A stretch of 64,000 nt of DNA from Octopus bimaculoides (taxonomy: Eukaryota): contig NC_068982.1 of NCBI RefSeq assembly GCF_001194135.2, forward strand, positions 155,631,039-155,695,038, written 5' to 3'. Shown here piece by piece: positions 25,504 to 38,264 of the stretch (the stretch's first letter is position 1; each line of letters begins with the position of its first letter). The notes under the pieces were generated by a model, which saw nothing but the letters and a program-made list of their open reading frames with translations, made no database searches and was not told the origin of the DNA. The position numbers were made by a program, and so were the translations under genes.

Positions 25504-26149
25504 AAGGGCATCCAGCTGTAGAAACTCTGCCAAATCAGTTTGGAGCCTGGTGTAGCCATCTGGTTTCACCAGTCCTCAGTCAAATCGTCCAACCCGTGCT
25601 AGCATGGAAAGCGGACGTTAAACGATGATGATGATGATATATACACATATATATATAATACATACATATACACAAAAAAATATTGGTATGATACATGGTA
25701 TATAAATGATACTGAATAGCATGGAGAAAGAGATACTGATTTAAAGATAAAACTGTAACAATAAGCATTATGACTTCCAAATTTGGTCTAAAGCTAGAAA
25801 TTAGTAAGGGAGAGTGTACAGTTGACTGAATGAATCTCATTATATTACCTGCAGTTATTTTATGAAGCATAATGGAAAGATAGGTAAAGATGAACCTAGT
25901 AGGATCTGAACTTTGAATACACAGATTGAAAGATAACAGTCTGCTAGGTATTGAGTACCAAGATGCTACTGTTTGTGCCATACTTTTGCTTTAGATACTG
26001 ATAGTTAAATCCACTGATACCACAGTGCACACTGGTTTGGATTGAATCGATCCCATGGAATGTCACTGTTACTTATTTTAATGCCACTAAAAGGATGAAA
26101 GGTCAAGTAATCCTGGTAGATTCAAATACATACTGTAACAAATAATATA

Positions 26150-27910
26150 AGTGGTACAGAGGAGATAGAGAGAAATGTTTCATAAGGGTGTGAAGAGAGA
26201 TGTTTAGAGATTCAGAAGAGGTTAACTGCAGCAAGTGATGGTGAGAGAAATTGGAGTGGCTTGGGAATGCTATGGTAAATATATGAGGACACGGAGAGTG
26301 TGTATGGGTAGGTACATGAAGGTGTGTGGAGGGGCATGCAGGGGATGGTGCAGAGGAAAGGGTAGGAAGTTGAGTTGTGTGGGAGTTTTGATGGTGGGGA
26401 CAGATTGTGAGTGGCCTCAATTCTACTTACCTTCACATGTCTTCTCAAACAAAACGAACTGTCAATTGTCTCGGTCTGTTATCATCTCCTCTGTAAAGCT
26501 CAACATCTGAAGATCATTTCTGCTCATGTCTTCCTGGGTCTACCTCTCCTGCAGAGATCAACACTTCTTTATACAGCTGTCCTCATCCATATGCATCATA
26601 TGACCATATCAATGCAGTCTTCCTGGCACAAAACCAAACTGCATCTCAGCTAAGCTCTCTTCCTAATTGGTTGAACTATGACTCTTTCATGACCTGATCT
26701 AGTAATCTGATACATTTGTAATTATTTCTGTCTAAGGTATTACTTTTACCTTTGTAGCAGTTGACTATAGTGTTGCTACAGCAGTCATTGGATATGATAC
26801 CTTCCAGGACTACTTGATTAAATATACAGGTGACTAGGCCATATCCAACTCTGCCAGATATTTTAAAGCATCTCAGCAGTGATTCCTGATGGGCCAGGAG
26901 CTTTCACTGTCTTCATACCCTTAATTGCATTATCTATTATGCTGCTATCAATTTGGATTGCTGGCCCCTCTGTTGGGTCCACAAGAGGAAAATTCTCCTT
27001 TAATGCATTCTTCAAATTTAGCAGCCTTTCATAGTGGCACTTCCATGCTTTCTTTGCAGAATCACTAAATGCAAGTGTACCATTGTCCATGCAAACACCT
27101 CTCTCCTAGAACATCAAGATTTTCTCTGACATGCTGTCTTGCAATCCAGAACACCTCAAGCCTCTGGTCCTCATGCCACAGAACAATGCCTAACTTCTTC
27201 CTTTCAGCTTCTCCCCAAACTAAATATACCTGTTTTCTAGCCCCCTGATATAGTTTTCTTCGACTGCCACTCTTCCAGTCCTGTTTCTTCACGCTAATGG
27301 CCCTGTCTACTACTCTGTTCCACAACCCTGTTATTCTAGGTCTAGTTGGAACTTTACATCAGCTGCAAATTTGGTCTGGAGCACCCACTAAGTTGTCTCG
27401 TAGGAATTTGCAGCTGTCCTCCATTATATGTCACTATCTCCTCCTCTTCTTGCCAAATGCTTCAATTAGGATACCTCCAAATCTCTGACTATTCAAAGGA
27501 TTCTTAACCTTCCAAATCTTCCTTTTCCATACTGGTTTGCTCCTTGGAATCCTTATAGCCTAAAATCTGAAGTCATAATGAATAACCTATGTTGAGTATG
27601 CACTCTTCAATAAGGAAGGTTTTTGTGTTTATAAGTGACTATCTTTCCTGCTTTTTAGTGAGAATGTAGTCAATCTAGATTGTGCATTCACCAGATTGAT
27701 AAGTGAGTAGATGGCTGGCTGGTTTCCTGAAGCTAGTATTGCAGATCATTAGGTCATTTGCATTGCAGAACTCCATAGCCTCCATGTACACCATGGAAGC
27801 CACTCAGATGCTGCTCAACACACCCATAGAAGTTACCAGCCACAAAGATAAGGTCACTGTCATTTGTTATTGAAGTAGTCTGCAAAAGGGTGCCATAAAA
27901 TTGATCTTTT
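26150..27910 (-). mobile_element. RTE-clade LINE remnant with purine-rich (+ strand) 3' UTR
   Basis: Reverse-strand homology to 12590-13930 (KAWKCHYERLLN, KAPGPSGITAEML, QFGFVP). Confidence 0.8.
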
Positions 27911-28595
27911 GTTAGTCTGGCAGTCCCAGCTGAGGAGCATAGGTAGAAATAATAGTTACTGTACTACTTTGGAAAACTAATCTAAGCATAAGGATCCTAT
28001 CACACACTCTGACTACCTTGATCACCTTAGTCACCCATTTTTTGGAAGAAGTATGCTCACAACACACTTGATAGGTACTTATTTTATTGACCTTGAATGG
28101 ATGAATGAAAGGCAAAGTTGGTTCCGGAAGAATTTAACTCAGAATGTAAAGAGCTGAAAGAAATGATACTAAACATTTTGTCCAACGTGGTAATGTTTCT
28201 GCCAGTTATAACAATAATAATATCAACAACAACAATAATAGAGCCATGCATGTGTGTATGGATGCATACATATGTACATACATTACATATATATGTTAGA
28301 GTAATTCAAATAATTAAAACAAAAACGAGCCAAGAGAAATAACTTGACAACAGCATAAATTTAGATAACAAGGTGAGAAGAGAAAGGGTATACTGAATAC
28401 CATAAAAGGTGAATTCTTGATTTATTGAAATTATCTTTGCCATTTGAGAAAGTAAGCAATTACATAGTAGCAGTTGCAACCAACTCTGAAGAAGAAGGGG
28501 ACATAATTTCAGGCTATTAACAATTCTCTGAAATTAACAAGCCAGCGTATACATTTATATATCTATAATATGTGTAAGTGTGTGTGTGTGCTGAT

Positions 28596-29236
28596 CTTTT
28601 ACTTGTTTCAGTCATTAGACTGTAACCATTTAGTCGAATGAATCGACCCCAGTACTTATTATTCTTGTTTATCCTGGTACTTATTCTGTTGGGTCCCTTT
28701 AGCTGAACTGCTAAGTTATGGCAACATAAACACACCAACACCAGTTGTCAAGTGTTGGGGACAGACACATGCACATAAATATATATATATACATATCTGC
28801 AATTATTTGCTAAGTGGTATGAATTTTACAATTTGTAAATAAAAATATTTTTTTATACGTTTAAAGCTTATAAGTGATCACTGTGTATTGACTAAGTTAA
28901 ATAGTCTAATATTAGGGCGTATAAGTCCTTGGCAGAAAAAAGTAGGATTTGCCATATATATAAATTTAGATTGGAGCCTGGTGTTGCCATCCGGTTTCAC
29001 CAGTCCTCAGTCAAATCGTCCAACCCATGCTAGCATGGAAAGCGGATGTTAAAAGATGATGATGATGATGATGATGATAAAAGGCTTCTTTCAGTTTTTT
29101 TCTACCAAATCAGTTTGCAAGGCTTTGGTTAGCACTGAGGTTATAGTAGAAGACACATGCCCAAGGTGCCATAGTGGAACTGAACTCAGAAGCATGTGGT
29201 TAAGAAGCAAGCTTCTTACCATATAATCATGCCTGC
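28596..29236 (-). mobile_element. SINE family A copy split by nested insertions, including a (GAT)n element (28965-29078, +)
   Basis: 3' half at 28596-28776, 5' half at 29081-29236. Confidence 0.75.
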
Positions 29237-30156
29237 ATCTATAACATATATAAAATAAAAATTTATATGTTCTCTTAGCATTCAGTTCTATTTCTCCTGG
29301 TTGTTCACCAAACCTGTATTTTCATTTTTTTTTCTTTTTGTTCTTTTACTGCAGAGGAAAACTAGTGCCCAGGGCCCATTACATGGCTTCTAAGACTAAT
29401 GGAAGGTATTGTCTAACTGGCCTGAATGATTGCAACAGAAGACTGTTAAAGGCATTCAAAGTATCATCAGATGGAGTCTTCCATCAAGTTGTTTTTTTCT
29501 CCTGTCTTATTGAAAGTCTACATGTGTGTTAAATATATATATACATTTTTTAAATCTGAAGAATCTATTAGAGTAGATGCAAGTGCTAATATATGATTTA
29601 TAAAAACATGTGACATATTAATAAAAATCTGTAAATGTACAACCATCCAGATCTCTGAGTACCTTATTATTTTTTCTAATATATAATACCTGTACATCAC
29701 CTCTAAACCTTCTAATATATATATATATATATACATACACATGTACATATACACACACACACATATATGTATTTGTTTATTTATATATGTATATAGCATA
29801 TGTCACTGCATTGATTCTGCCTGTAGTTTTATCTCCTTTATATGTCATTATGCTTTACTTTTAGTTTTTGTCTACAACCTCAGTGATATTTCCTATATCA
29901 TAAGTATAACTAACTAGAAGAGTCGTCTTGGACTTTATACATCCAGAGTCTGATTTCTCTGGTTGATAAGGGGGATTTCCATGTTTATTTGTCCTTTGTA
30001 AATCTGTAAATCATTTCCTTACATTCCACACACACATCATGTAATATATGTACATAAATAAAACAGGGTTTGATGGAATTAACAAAAAAAAATAGAACTC
30101 AGTACTGAAGAGCACATATGTGTGCGCTCTCTCTCCCTCTCTCTTTATATATATAT

Positions 30157-30500
30157 ATTCTTTTACTTGTTTCAGTTATGCTGGAGTACCACCTTGAAGG
30201 GTTTTAGTTGAACAAATCAACTCAAGGATTTATTTTTTAAGCCTAGTACTTCTTCTATCGGTCTCTTTTGCCAAGTTGCTAAGCTATAGGGATGTAACAC
30301 ACCAACAGCAGTTGTTAAGGAGTGATGGGAGGGACAAACATAGATACAAAGAAATCATCATCATCATCATCATCGTTTAACGTCCGCTTTCCATGCTAGC
30401 ATGGGTTGGACGATTTGACTGAGGACTGGTGAAACCGGATGGCAACATCAGGCTCCAATCTAATTTGGCAGAGTTTCTACAGCTGATATATATATGTATG

Positions 30501-30571
<71 letters not shown>

Positions 30572-30712
30572 CGGGCTTTTGTCAGTTCCCGTCTACCAAA
30601 TCCACTCACAAGGCTTTGGTTGGCCCAAGGCTATAGTAGAAAAGACTTGCCCAGGGTGTCACGTAGTGGGACTGCACCCGGAACCATGTGGTTGGGAAGC
30701 AAGCTTCTTACC
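30157..30712 (-). mobile_element. SINE family A copy split by a nested (GAT)n element (30355-30485) and a long (TA)n
   Basis: 3' half at 30157-30354, 5' half at 30570-30712. Confidence 0.8.
30486..30569. repeat. Long (TA)n microsatellite; others at about 15815, 17750, 25470, 44170, and (GA)n at 18060, 57172, 62221
   Basis: Direct reading. Confidence 0.95.
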
Positions 30713-31876
30713 ATATGTACATATGCATACGTATATTTAATACCATGGTAGAAATGAACATTTTATTTGGGTTGAATCATCCTGAGGCAAGTTGTGACAA
30801 CTGAAGATCCTGTATACCTACAGAGTAGCAAGAAGCTGACTTGACCAAAATAATATATATATATATACATTTTCATCATCATTCGACGTCCTTTTTTTCT
30901 ATACTGGCAAGGTTGGGCAGTTCGACAAGAACTGATGAACCAGAAGGCTGCAATGAGTTTCTACAGCTGAATGCCCTTCCCAATACCAACCACTTTACAG
31001 AGTGTACAGGGTACTTTTTTTTAGTACATATATATATATATATCTAATCGGCAGGAAGTTACAAAACTATCACAGAGGTCGAGAGTTTCATGCATAGCAA
31101 GTGATAAGTGACATACTCATATACACATCTGTTTGGAATCAAAAGAAACGAGTACTCAGTGAATTTATGTGCAGCATAAATTTGAAAGACACGGTGAATG
31201 AATTATAAGTTCGATACTCAGAGTTTGAAAGGCACGGGGGCATGCTTTTAATCGATCAGATATCATGGATATTTCATCAATTAGACATGTTCATTTAAAC
31301 CTGTATATTATTTAGCTGTATAGCTACGTAACTGACTTAGTGTGCGTGTGTGTATGTATGTATGTCTGTCTCTCTGTATGTATGTGTGTATAATATATAT
31401 ATATACACACACAGACGAGTGTGTGGTGTGTGTATAGATATGTGTATGTCTGTAAAAGATAATATAAACATCAAAAAAATTTGCCGTTAACTTTAATTAT
31501 ATATACAAATATATATACACGCACATTTCTAAAACTCTAATTCTACAAAAGAGCCATATATATATCTGTGTTTTCTTTATCAACAAAATGTTAATATTTT
31601 AGTGGGTGGAGTTTGAAATTTTTAATATGCACATGCACGTGTACGTGTAAATAACAAACAACATGCACAAAGAAACACTCCAACACACACTGCGTCAGAA
31701 AACAGAAAATAAAGATGCTGCATGAAAAGTGTGAAAAAGAAATGAATATATATTTGTTTGAGGTTCAAGTAAAAATCTAAGAGAAGCTGGTTTCAAGATA
31801 CCATACCAGCTTAGAAACTATTTCACTGGAGAAGCAATGAGACATAGTTGGGAAGTTTGTTGAAAGTTTATTCGGT

Positions 31877-32449
31877 TTAATTTCTGTTGTTATTGTTAAC
31901 TGCAATAATTTGTTCGGTGAGCCAGCTAATCCCTTCACTAACACCATCACCGGTCAGTGCGTTACTAGAACAGATATGCCACGCTCGGATCTTAAGTTGG
32001 TCTAATCCTAACAGTTCGACGCATTTCAGCTTGGAAATGGAATCTCTCATATCCATCTTATTAGCATAAAACAGCAAAGGGACGTGGCGGTTCTTGATAT
32101 GTTGGTGTGTGAGTAAATGATCCAGTTCATCTTTGGCCACAACCATTCTTAAGAGGTCACTACTATCGATGACGAAGATAATACCATGGCAATCCTTGTA
32201 GTAATGTTCCCATAGACTACGATAGCGACCCTGGCCTGACATATCAAAGGCCGAAAACGACAAAGATTTTGTTTGAAATCGTTCCACATTAAAACCAACA
32301 GTCGGGACAATATCCTGAGATCTTATGTCCGAAGGTTTAAGATAGTTTAAAATTGTACTTTTACCACTGTTATCCAAACCGATGACTAAAATATTAGCCT
32401 CTTTCCGTTTCAAGCCGAACCATCGAGCAAGTGTATCTAATATTCCCAT
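31877..32449 (-). CDS. ARL6: ADP-ribosylation factor-like 6 (BBS3) small GTPase, single coding exon, 190 aa
   Basis: N-terminal MG, P-loop GLDNSGKS, switch-II FDMSGQGRYRSLWEHYY, NKMD, and ARL6-typical MVVAKDELD; uninterrupted ORF. Confidence 0.96.
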   Translation of the reverse strand: MGILDTLARWFGLKRKEANILVIGLDNSGKSTILNYLKPSDIRSQDIVPTVGFNVERFQTKSLSFSAFDMSGQGRYRSLWEHYYKDCHGIIFVIDSSDLLRMVVAKDELDHLLTHQHIKNRHVPLLFYANKMDMRDSISKLKCVELLGLDQLKIRAWHICSSNALTGDGVSEGISWLTEQIIAVNNNNRN

Positions 32450-32700
32450 AATTAACTTTCAAAGGGAGAGATAAAACAGATTTCATATATTATAAATTTC
32501 TTATAGACGATATTCCAGAAAACTGTCGATTAAACACACAATTCAACAGTTCCATTAACCAATCGTAAGTAGCACAGTAGGAAGTATCAAAGTCACTCCT
32601 GTAGCCATATGATGCTACTTTAAAGTTCGTTACTAAGCACCAATAAACAGTCCCGGGACGATCAACATATCAACAATAAGTTGGAAAATTGTAATCAAAA
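32450..32700 (-). promoter_or_regulatory. Putative ARL6 promoter/5' UTR (CpG-retaining)
   Basis: CpG-containing stretch with CCCGGG and GGAAGT upstream of the ATG; not quantified. Confidence 0.35.
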
Positions 32701-34544
32701 CCATTAAAATACCTTTGAAAATTATTATTTTAATTTTTAATTAATATTAGAGTTATATTTAAACCCTTTCTAAACTTATTTAAAACTTTTCAGAGAGTTT
32801 AATTGTTTGTTGATTTTACATGAGATTATAATTATTACCCGACATTCTTCAGTCGTGACCTCTGTGTGTCAAGTTGTTATTGTTGTTCTGTAGTCCTAAG
32901 TCACCTCTGGCACACATGTCAATCGAACTTCTAGGTGCGTAAAACAAATTCTTATGTTCTATGTAATGTAGAGGTAAGATCTCTCCTACACCTATGAAGC
33001 GAGATCGCAATCTGGTTTCGATTCTTGGTTATAATTATTTTATTCCATTTACGTCATAAATATCTATGAGTAGTATAAGGACAACAAACAATCTATATCC
33101 TTGTCTGTAAACCTGAGGTTTATGTAAAAAGTTAATTATTATATTAAATATTTTTTAACAATACTTTTCGAGGTGTCTTTGAATTATATTTTGATTTTTT
33201 TTTCCAATATGAAACCAATGTTTTTTTTTCTTTATTAAAAATATGAGGTAAGGGAAATCAAGTGGACCAATGGCATGAATATGTTAAGTGGGGATATACT
33301 GCATGCCATACGTAAAAAAAAATACTCGATAAATTAAAATTTGCTTGTTTTAGTTCGAGAAAGAAAACGAAAACCAAGCGGTAACGGTTTTTTTTTTACC
33401 TGTCTCTTATTATCTAATCCTTTGGTTATCATTAGCATCCAGTGTCCAGTGTATACAGACCCTCCTCATCACTGAGTCTTACATTTATTCGTTGAAAGTT
33501 CTTTATTTCATTAAATTACGCATCAATTTCTAGTACATTCTGCGTTACTGTTGACTCGTTTCATATCGGCTATCTCGCCAAAGAATAAACAGAGAATGGG
33601 AATGTGAAGATATTGTCCACTATGCAATACGAACTTTCGAGTCTAATTTTCATCCATGGTAGCTAATTTCATTTCCAAGTATTGAATAGAATCCAGTCCT
33701 TTCTTTACTTCTGTCGCCATTATCAAGAATACCATCCCTCGTTGTCACTAGACCCTTTAGAAATAGCAGTAAAGCCTCCCTTAAATAACACCCAACCTTT
33801 AAAAAGAAGTAAGGACATATGAAGTAACGTAGTCTTACTCCTAAAAAAAAAAAAAATACACGATTTTATCTGGAATGCTTTTTATCATGGATCTGCTATG
33901 ATCCTTGTTTAACTCCAGTCTTGAATGAAGTTAAATAATAATTTTCTTTTGAATGTACATAATCAGCCTTCTCATCATTCATTAAAAAAAACTGATTTTC
34001 TTAAGGCTTAGTTGGAAGCAATGTAGTACATATGGCCTTCCTCAAGGCCCCTAAAACTACTGGGAAGAAGGGAGGAAGTTATCCTCAGACCAGCAACTTG
34101 GCTGAAATACTTACAACTGACTGGATGGACTCTGCTACAGGCATCTAAAGGCTTGATGCTTGCGTTAAATTTGGTGATGGATAAGACCTACCATTTAGAA
34201 CAGGTAGGACCCTTTCAATAAGCTTTCATGTAGTATCTAGTAACTAAATTTACTCAGATCAAACCCTTCCATCTTAAAAAAGGGACACATTGAACAATGA
34301 AGTATTAGATTCACAAGATAAGATCATCACAGATGGATTGCTTTTGATTATGTCAAATCAGGGCTAATCTGGGTTTAAACAACAAGAACAATACACACAA
34401 AACTGCTAATTTTATATCATATATTGCACAAACCACATTCACAATACCGAAATGTACAGCAACTGGGATATGTGAGGGGCAGAGTTTGCTATCACAAGCA
34501 TTTCAGCCAGCCATTGCCATGACATATATATTTAAATTTGCAAC

Positions 34545-34829
34545 ACTACGTGAAAAGACATTCGAGCGAGATTGTTGCCAGTGCAGGTGGCATGTAAAAT
34601 ACACCATTTTGAGCATAGCCATTGCCAGTACCGCCTGACTGGCCTTCATGCCGGTGGCACGTAAAAGCACCCACTACACTCTCGGAGTGGTTGGCATTAG
34701 GAAGGGCATCCAGCTGTAGAAACTGCCAAATCAGATTGGAGCCTGGTGTAGCCATCTGGTTCACCAGTCCTCAGTCAAATCGTCCAACCCATGCTAGCAT
34801 AGAAAGCGGACGTTAAACGATGATGATGA
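34545..34829 (+). mobile_element. Longer copy of the (GAT)n-tailed retroposon
   Basis: Near-identical to 57440-57758, including the 5' extension TTCGAGCG...GTTGCCAGT...AAAAGCACCCACTACACTC. Confidence 0.88.
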
Positions 34830-35159
34830 TCCCACTCACTTAGTCCAGAAAACCACAAAGATAGCAGCACCAACAACTTCATTAGCTCCATGTTGTGCTG
34901 GTATGCACACTTCAGTGAAAATTTCAGAATAACAACTGTTGTACTCTGAACAAGCCCATTTCCACTGTGACAATTATCAGAATCTTCAGACAGACTGGAC
35001 AATGGAGAAGAAAGTGTGTCCATATTAACACACTGCCCTACATTCAAATAAATCACTATGTCAGTGTGTGCAATATGGTCCTCTCTCAGAGACATAGTAT
35101 TTCTGAAGCATTGGATCTGTTGATTAGACATAATCATTCAACTAATTAATTTTATGAAT

Positions 35160-36165
35160 AGGATCATAGCTCAATTAGGACCAGAATTAGATTAAATGAG
35201 ATGCAGTTTGGGTTTGTGCCAGAGAAAAGTAATATGGCTTGCCATCTTCCTAGTGTGACAGCTGCAGAAGTATCTAACCAAAAGTAAACCATTGTACTTA
35301 GCATTCATTGACTTTGTGAAAGCCTTTGACAGAGAGAGTTGCTCTGTAATCTGGTTGTTTCCAAAGAAGTTAGGTGTAGATAAATGGCTTGTTAGAGCTG
35401 TACAAACCATGTATAAAGGTGCTGTCAGTAAGGTGAGAGTCAGCTATAAGTACAGCGATGACTTTAGGAGTTCATTAGGGCTTGGTTCTCAGTCCCCTCT
35501 TACTTCTCCAGGCCATAACAGATGAATTTAAGACTGGCCTGTGGGAACTACTATTTGCTGATGACCTCACTTATAGTGGAATATGTAACAGAAATGGAAA
35601 AGAAATTCCAGGTACAGAAGCAAAATCTGGAATGAGAGGGCCTTAAAATTAACTTAGAGAAGACCAAAGTTGTAATTAGCAAGAAAGTAGATAAGAGTAT
35701 CTTTCCATATGGTAAATGGTTTGGCTCAATATGTACGAAAGGTGTTGGAAGGAATTCTATTTGATTACATGGTGCAAGCTATGGACACATAAAAGGTGCA
35801 GTAGAATCAGTGGAAGTTTAACAGAAAGTAGTCTTTGTATGTGGTAGATGCGCAAGTACAACAAAAATATAAGGATGCATGGCAATTAGATTTTTTCAAA
35901 TACCCAGAAGACTCTCTAGTGGTTGTAGATAGTTTTTGTTACCTAGGTGACCTAGTTAGCAGTTGAGGAGGATGTTCTGAAAGAATAGTTTGCTAGAATA
36001 AGAATAGGATGGAGAAAGTTCAGAGAGCAAGTACTTTTGTTGTCAATAAAAGGCCTTTTAGTGTGAAAGGGAGATTGTATGATGCTCGTGTAAGAAATGG
36101 CTATGCTCCATGGTAGTGAGACTTGGGCCCTGAATGCAGGGGACATGTGAAGACTGGGGAGGAAT
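35160..36165 (+). mobile_element. RTE-clade LINE RT remnant
   Basis: MQFGFVP, YLAFIDFVKAFDR, KLGVDKWLVRAVQTMY, WELLFADDL, FCYLGD, YDARV. Confidence 0.85.
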
Positions 36166-36470
36166 TAACAAACAAGAGTAAATGTTTAAAAATTTATCCT
36201 TTTCACATTAATTCCATATATATAAAACTAAAAATAAATTTAAAATTACAAAAATACTTTTATAATTTACTACACCCACCATAGAAATCTCTTCTTTCCC
36301 ATATACTCACAACAAATTGTGTACAGAGAAAAAAATCTAAATGTAGATTCATTAAATTGCTGTGATGAACATATTCACGACAGAAAAGCAATGAAACCCT
36401 AAGCATTAAAATGATGACTGTTCTGTTCTTGTAATAGTTAAAAATTTTTTTAAGATTATTGCATATAGGG

Positions 36471-36834
36471 TGCAGGAGTGGCTGTGTGGTAAGTAGCTTG
36501 CTTACCAACCACATGGTTCCGTCCCACTGCGTGCACCTTGGGCAAGTGTCTTCTACTATAGCCTCGGGCCGACCAAAGCCGTGTGAGTGGATTTGGTAGA
36601 CGGAAACTGAAAGAAGCCCATCATATATATGTATGTGTGTCTGTGTTTGTCTCCCCCAACATCGCTTGACAACCAATGTTGGTGTGTTTACGTCCCTGTA
36701 ACTTAGCAGTTTGGCAAAAGAGACCAATAGAACAAGTACTAGGCTTACAAAGAATAAGTCCGCAGGTCGATTTGCTCGACTAAAGGCGATGCTCCAGCAT
36801 GGCCGCAGTCAAATGACTGAAACAAGTAAAAGAG
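36471..36834 (+). mobile_element. Near full-length tRNA-derived SINE family A (CORE-like central block; probably octopus OR-type)
   Basis: A-box TGGCTGTGTGGT, partly deleted B-box, ACCTTGGGCAAGTGTCTTCT core-like block, internal (TA/TG) spacer, GAAACAAGTAAAAGA tail, TATAGGG direct repeats at 36464-36470 and 36835-36841. Confidence 0.85.
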
Positions 36835-38264
36835 TATAGGGAGTTAAATTATTAGTTTATTAAGTAAATATAGTACATGGACAGGACGTGTCCTGTCTGT
36901 ACTAGATTGTTCTATATATTATGTTTGGACAACTTTACAAACCAGCAAGGAGTCATATTGTTTTAAAAGAAAATGCTTAGTTCTAGATGAAGCAGACTTG
37001 TGATTAAAGGCCTTCAAGCCATGACCATCAAGTTTGTCCAGACAGTTTATCTTGGAAAACATTACCAAGTGTTTTTCCTTTTTAAAGACAGTGTGATTCG
37101 AGAGATTTGGCTATTTCTAGCAAAGTCAGTAATAACATTAGCTTGAAGAGAAAATGTTTCAACTTTTAATTATAAATCATGAATTGATAGGATTGTTTAG
37201 GGACTGCTTTTTCAGAGCTGTTTAAACTGATTGAATAAATCTACAATCAAAAGCACCCAGGGGACTCTTTTATCCATTGGGAATCTATTTTTTTTGGTAG
37301 ATTGGGCAACCACACAAAAACTTCCTCAACACAGCAACTGTACTGGATTTCTTTACATCAGCAGACTTTAATTTTCAACTAGATAAACTGTAATTTAAAA
37401 GACATTATGACTATTCAAATCCATGAACGCAATATTAACTTTTGAAATATATTTCTCAGAAGAGGATTACTCAAGTGATAGAATCCATTTTCTGGTCCAT
37501 GGGTGTCTTTAGTAGAATTCACTGTTGCAAGTTACCAGGATTCACTATATTGGAGGCCTTTGTAAAAGATCATAAGCACTGTCCTTCTTCCATTAGCCAC
37601 AAAAAGGAAGCATAAATAATTAGTTTTTTTAATGGTAAGGTTTCAAACTCTTCTTAGCCCATCTAATTGCAATGTAATTACAACAGGACCAACATCATAA
37701 AATTCCTTAATTCAATATGTTCATGTTAATCTGTTACCTATTTTAGCCTCGTTAATCACATCTATGTCCAATTAGATGTTAGCCTACTTACTAAAATTTT
37801 GACACAATTCAATAGTTTAACTTTAGTGCAAGGAAGGGGAGGAAAAATGTCAAAGCATTAAATGTAAAAATGTTCAAAATAAAGATATAACAATTAAATA
37901 TTTAAATGTGTATCTTTTCTTTTGTTAAAACATATCAATCATAATTTCCTTCCTATATCAACTGAATTATTTGCGCTTGTATTGCCATAGAATGAGACCA
38001 GTAGCCTGATCAGTCCTAGGCAAAAGTAGGAACGATACAACTTCTGTTGGATCATGAATACTGAACAAATGAACAAGATGGATTTAAAAAAAAAAAAAAA
38101 AGACAACACGATGTAAACAAACAATGTTACTAAAAGTGCATTGATAGAATTTTCGGTACTGAAAGGATACCCAAAATTAAATGAAACACACAGACTGTTT
38201 TATAGGAAGAGTTAACTAAAGGAACATAAAAAGGACAATATTGTAAGCATTCTTATTTATTTCA

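Noticed and set aside
36260-36727. 155-aa ORF on the - strand, plus many similar 60-130 aa ORFs
   Set aside because: Antisense readings of SINEs and microsatellites with no domain signal.
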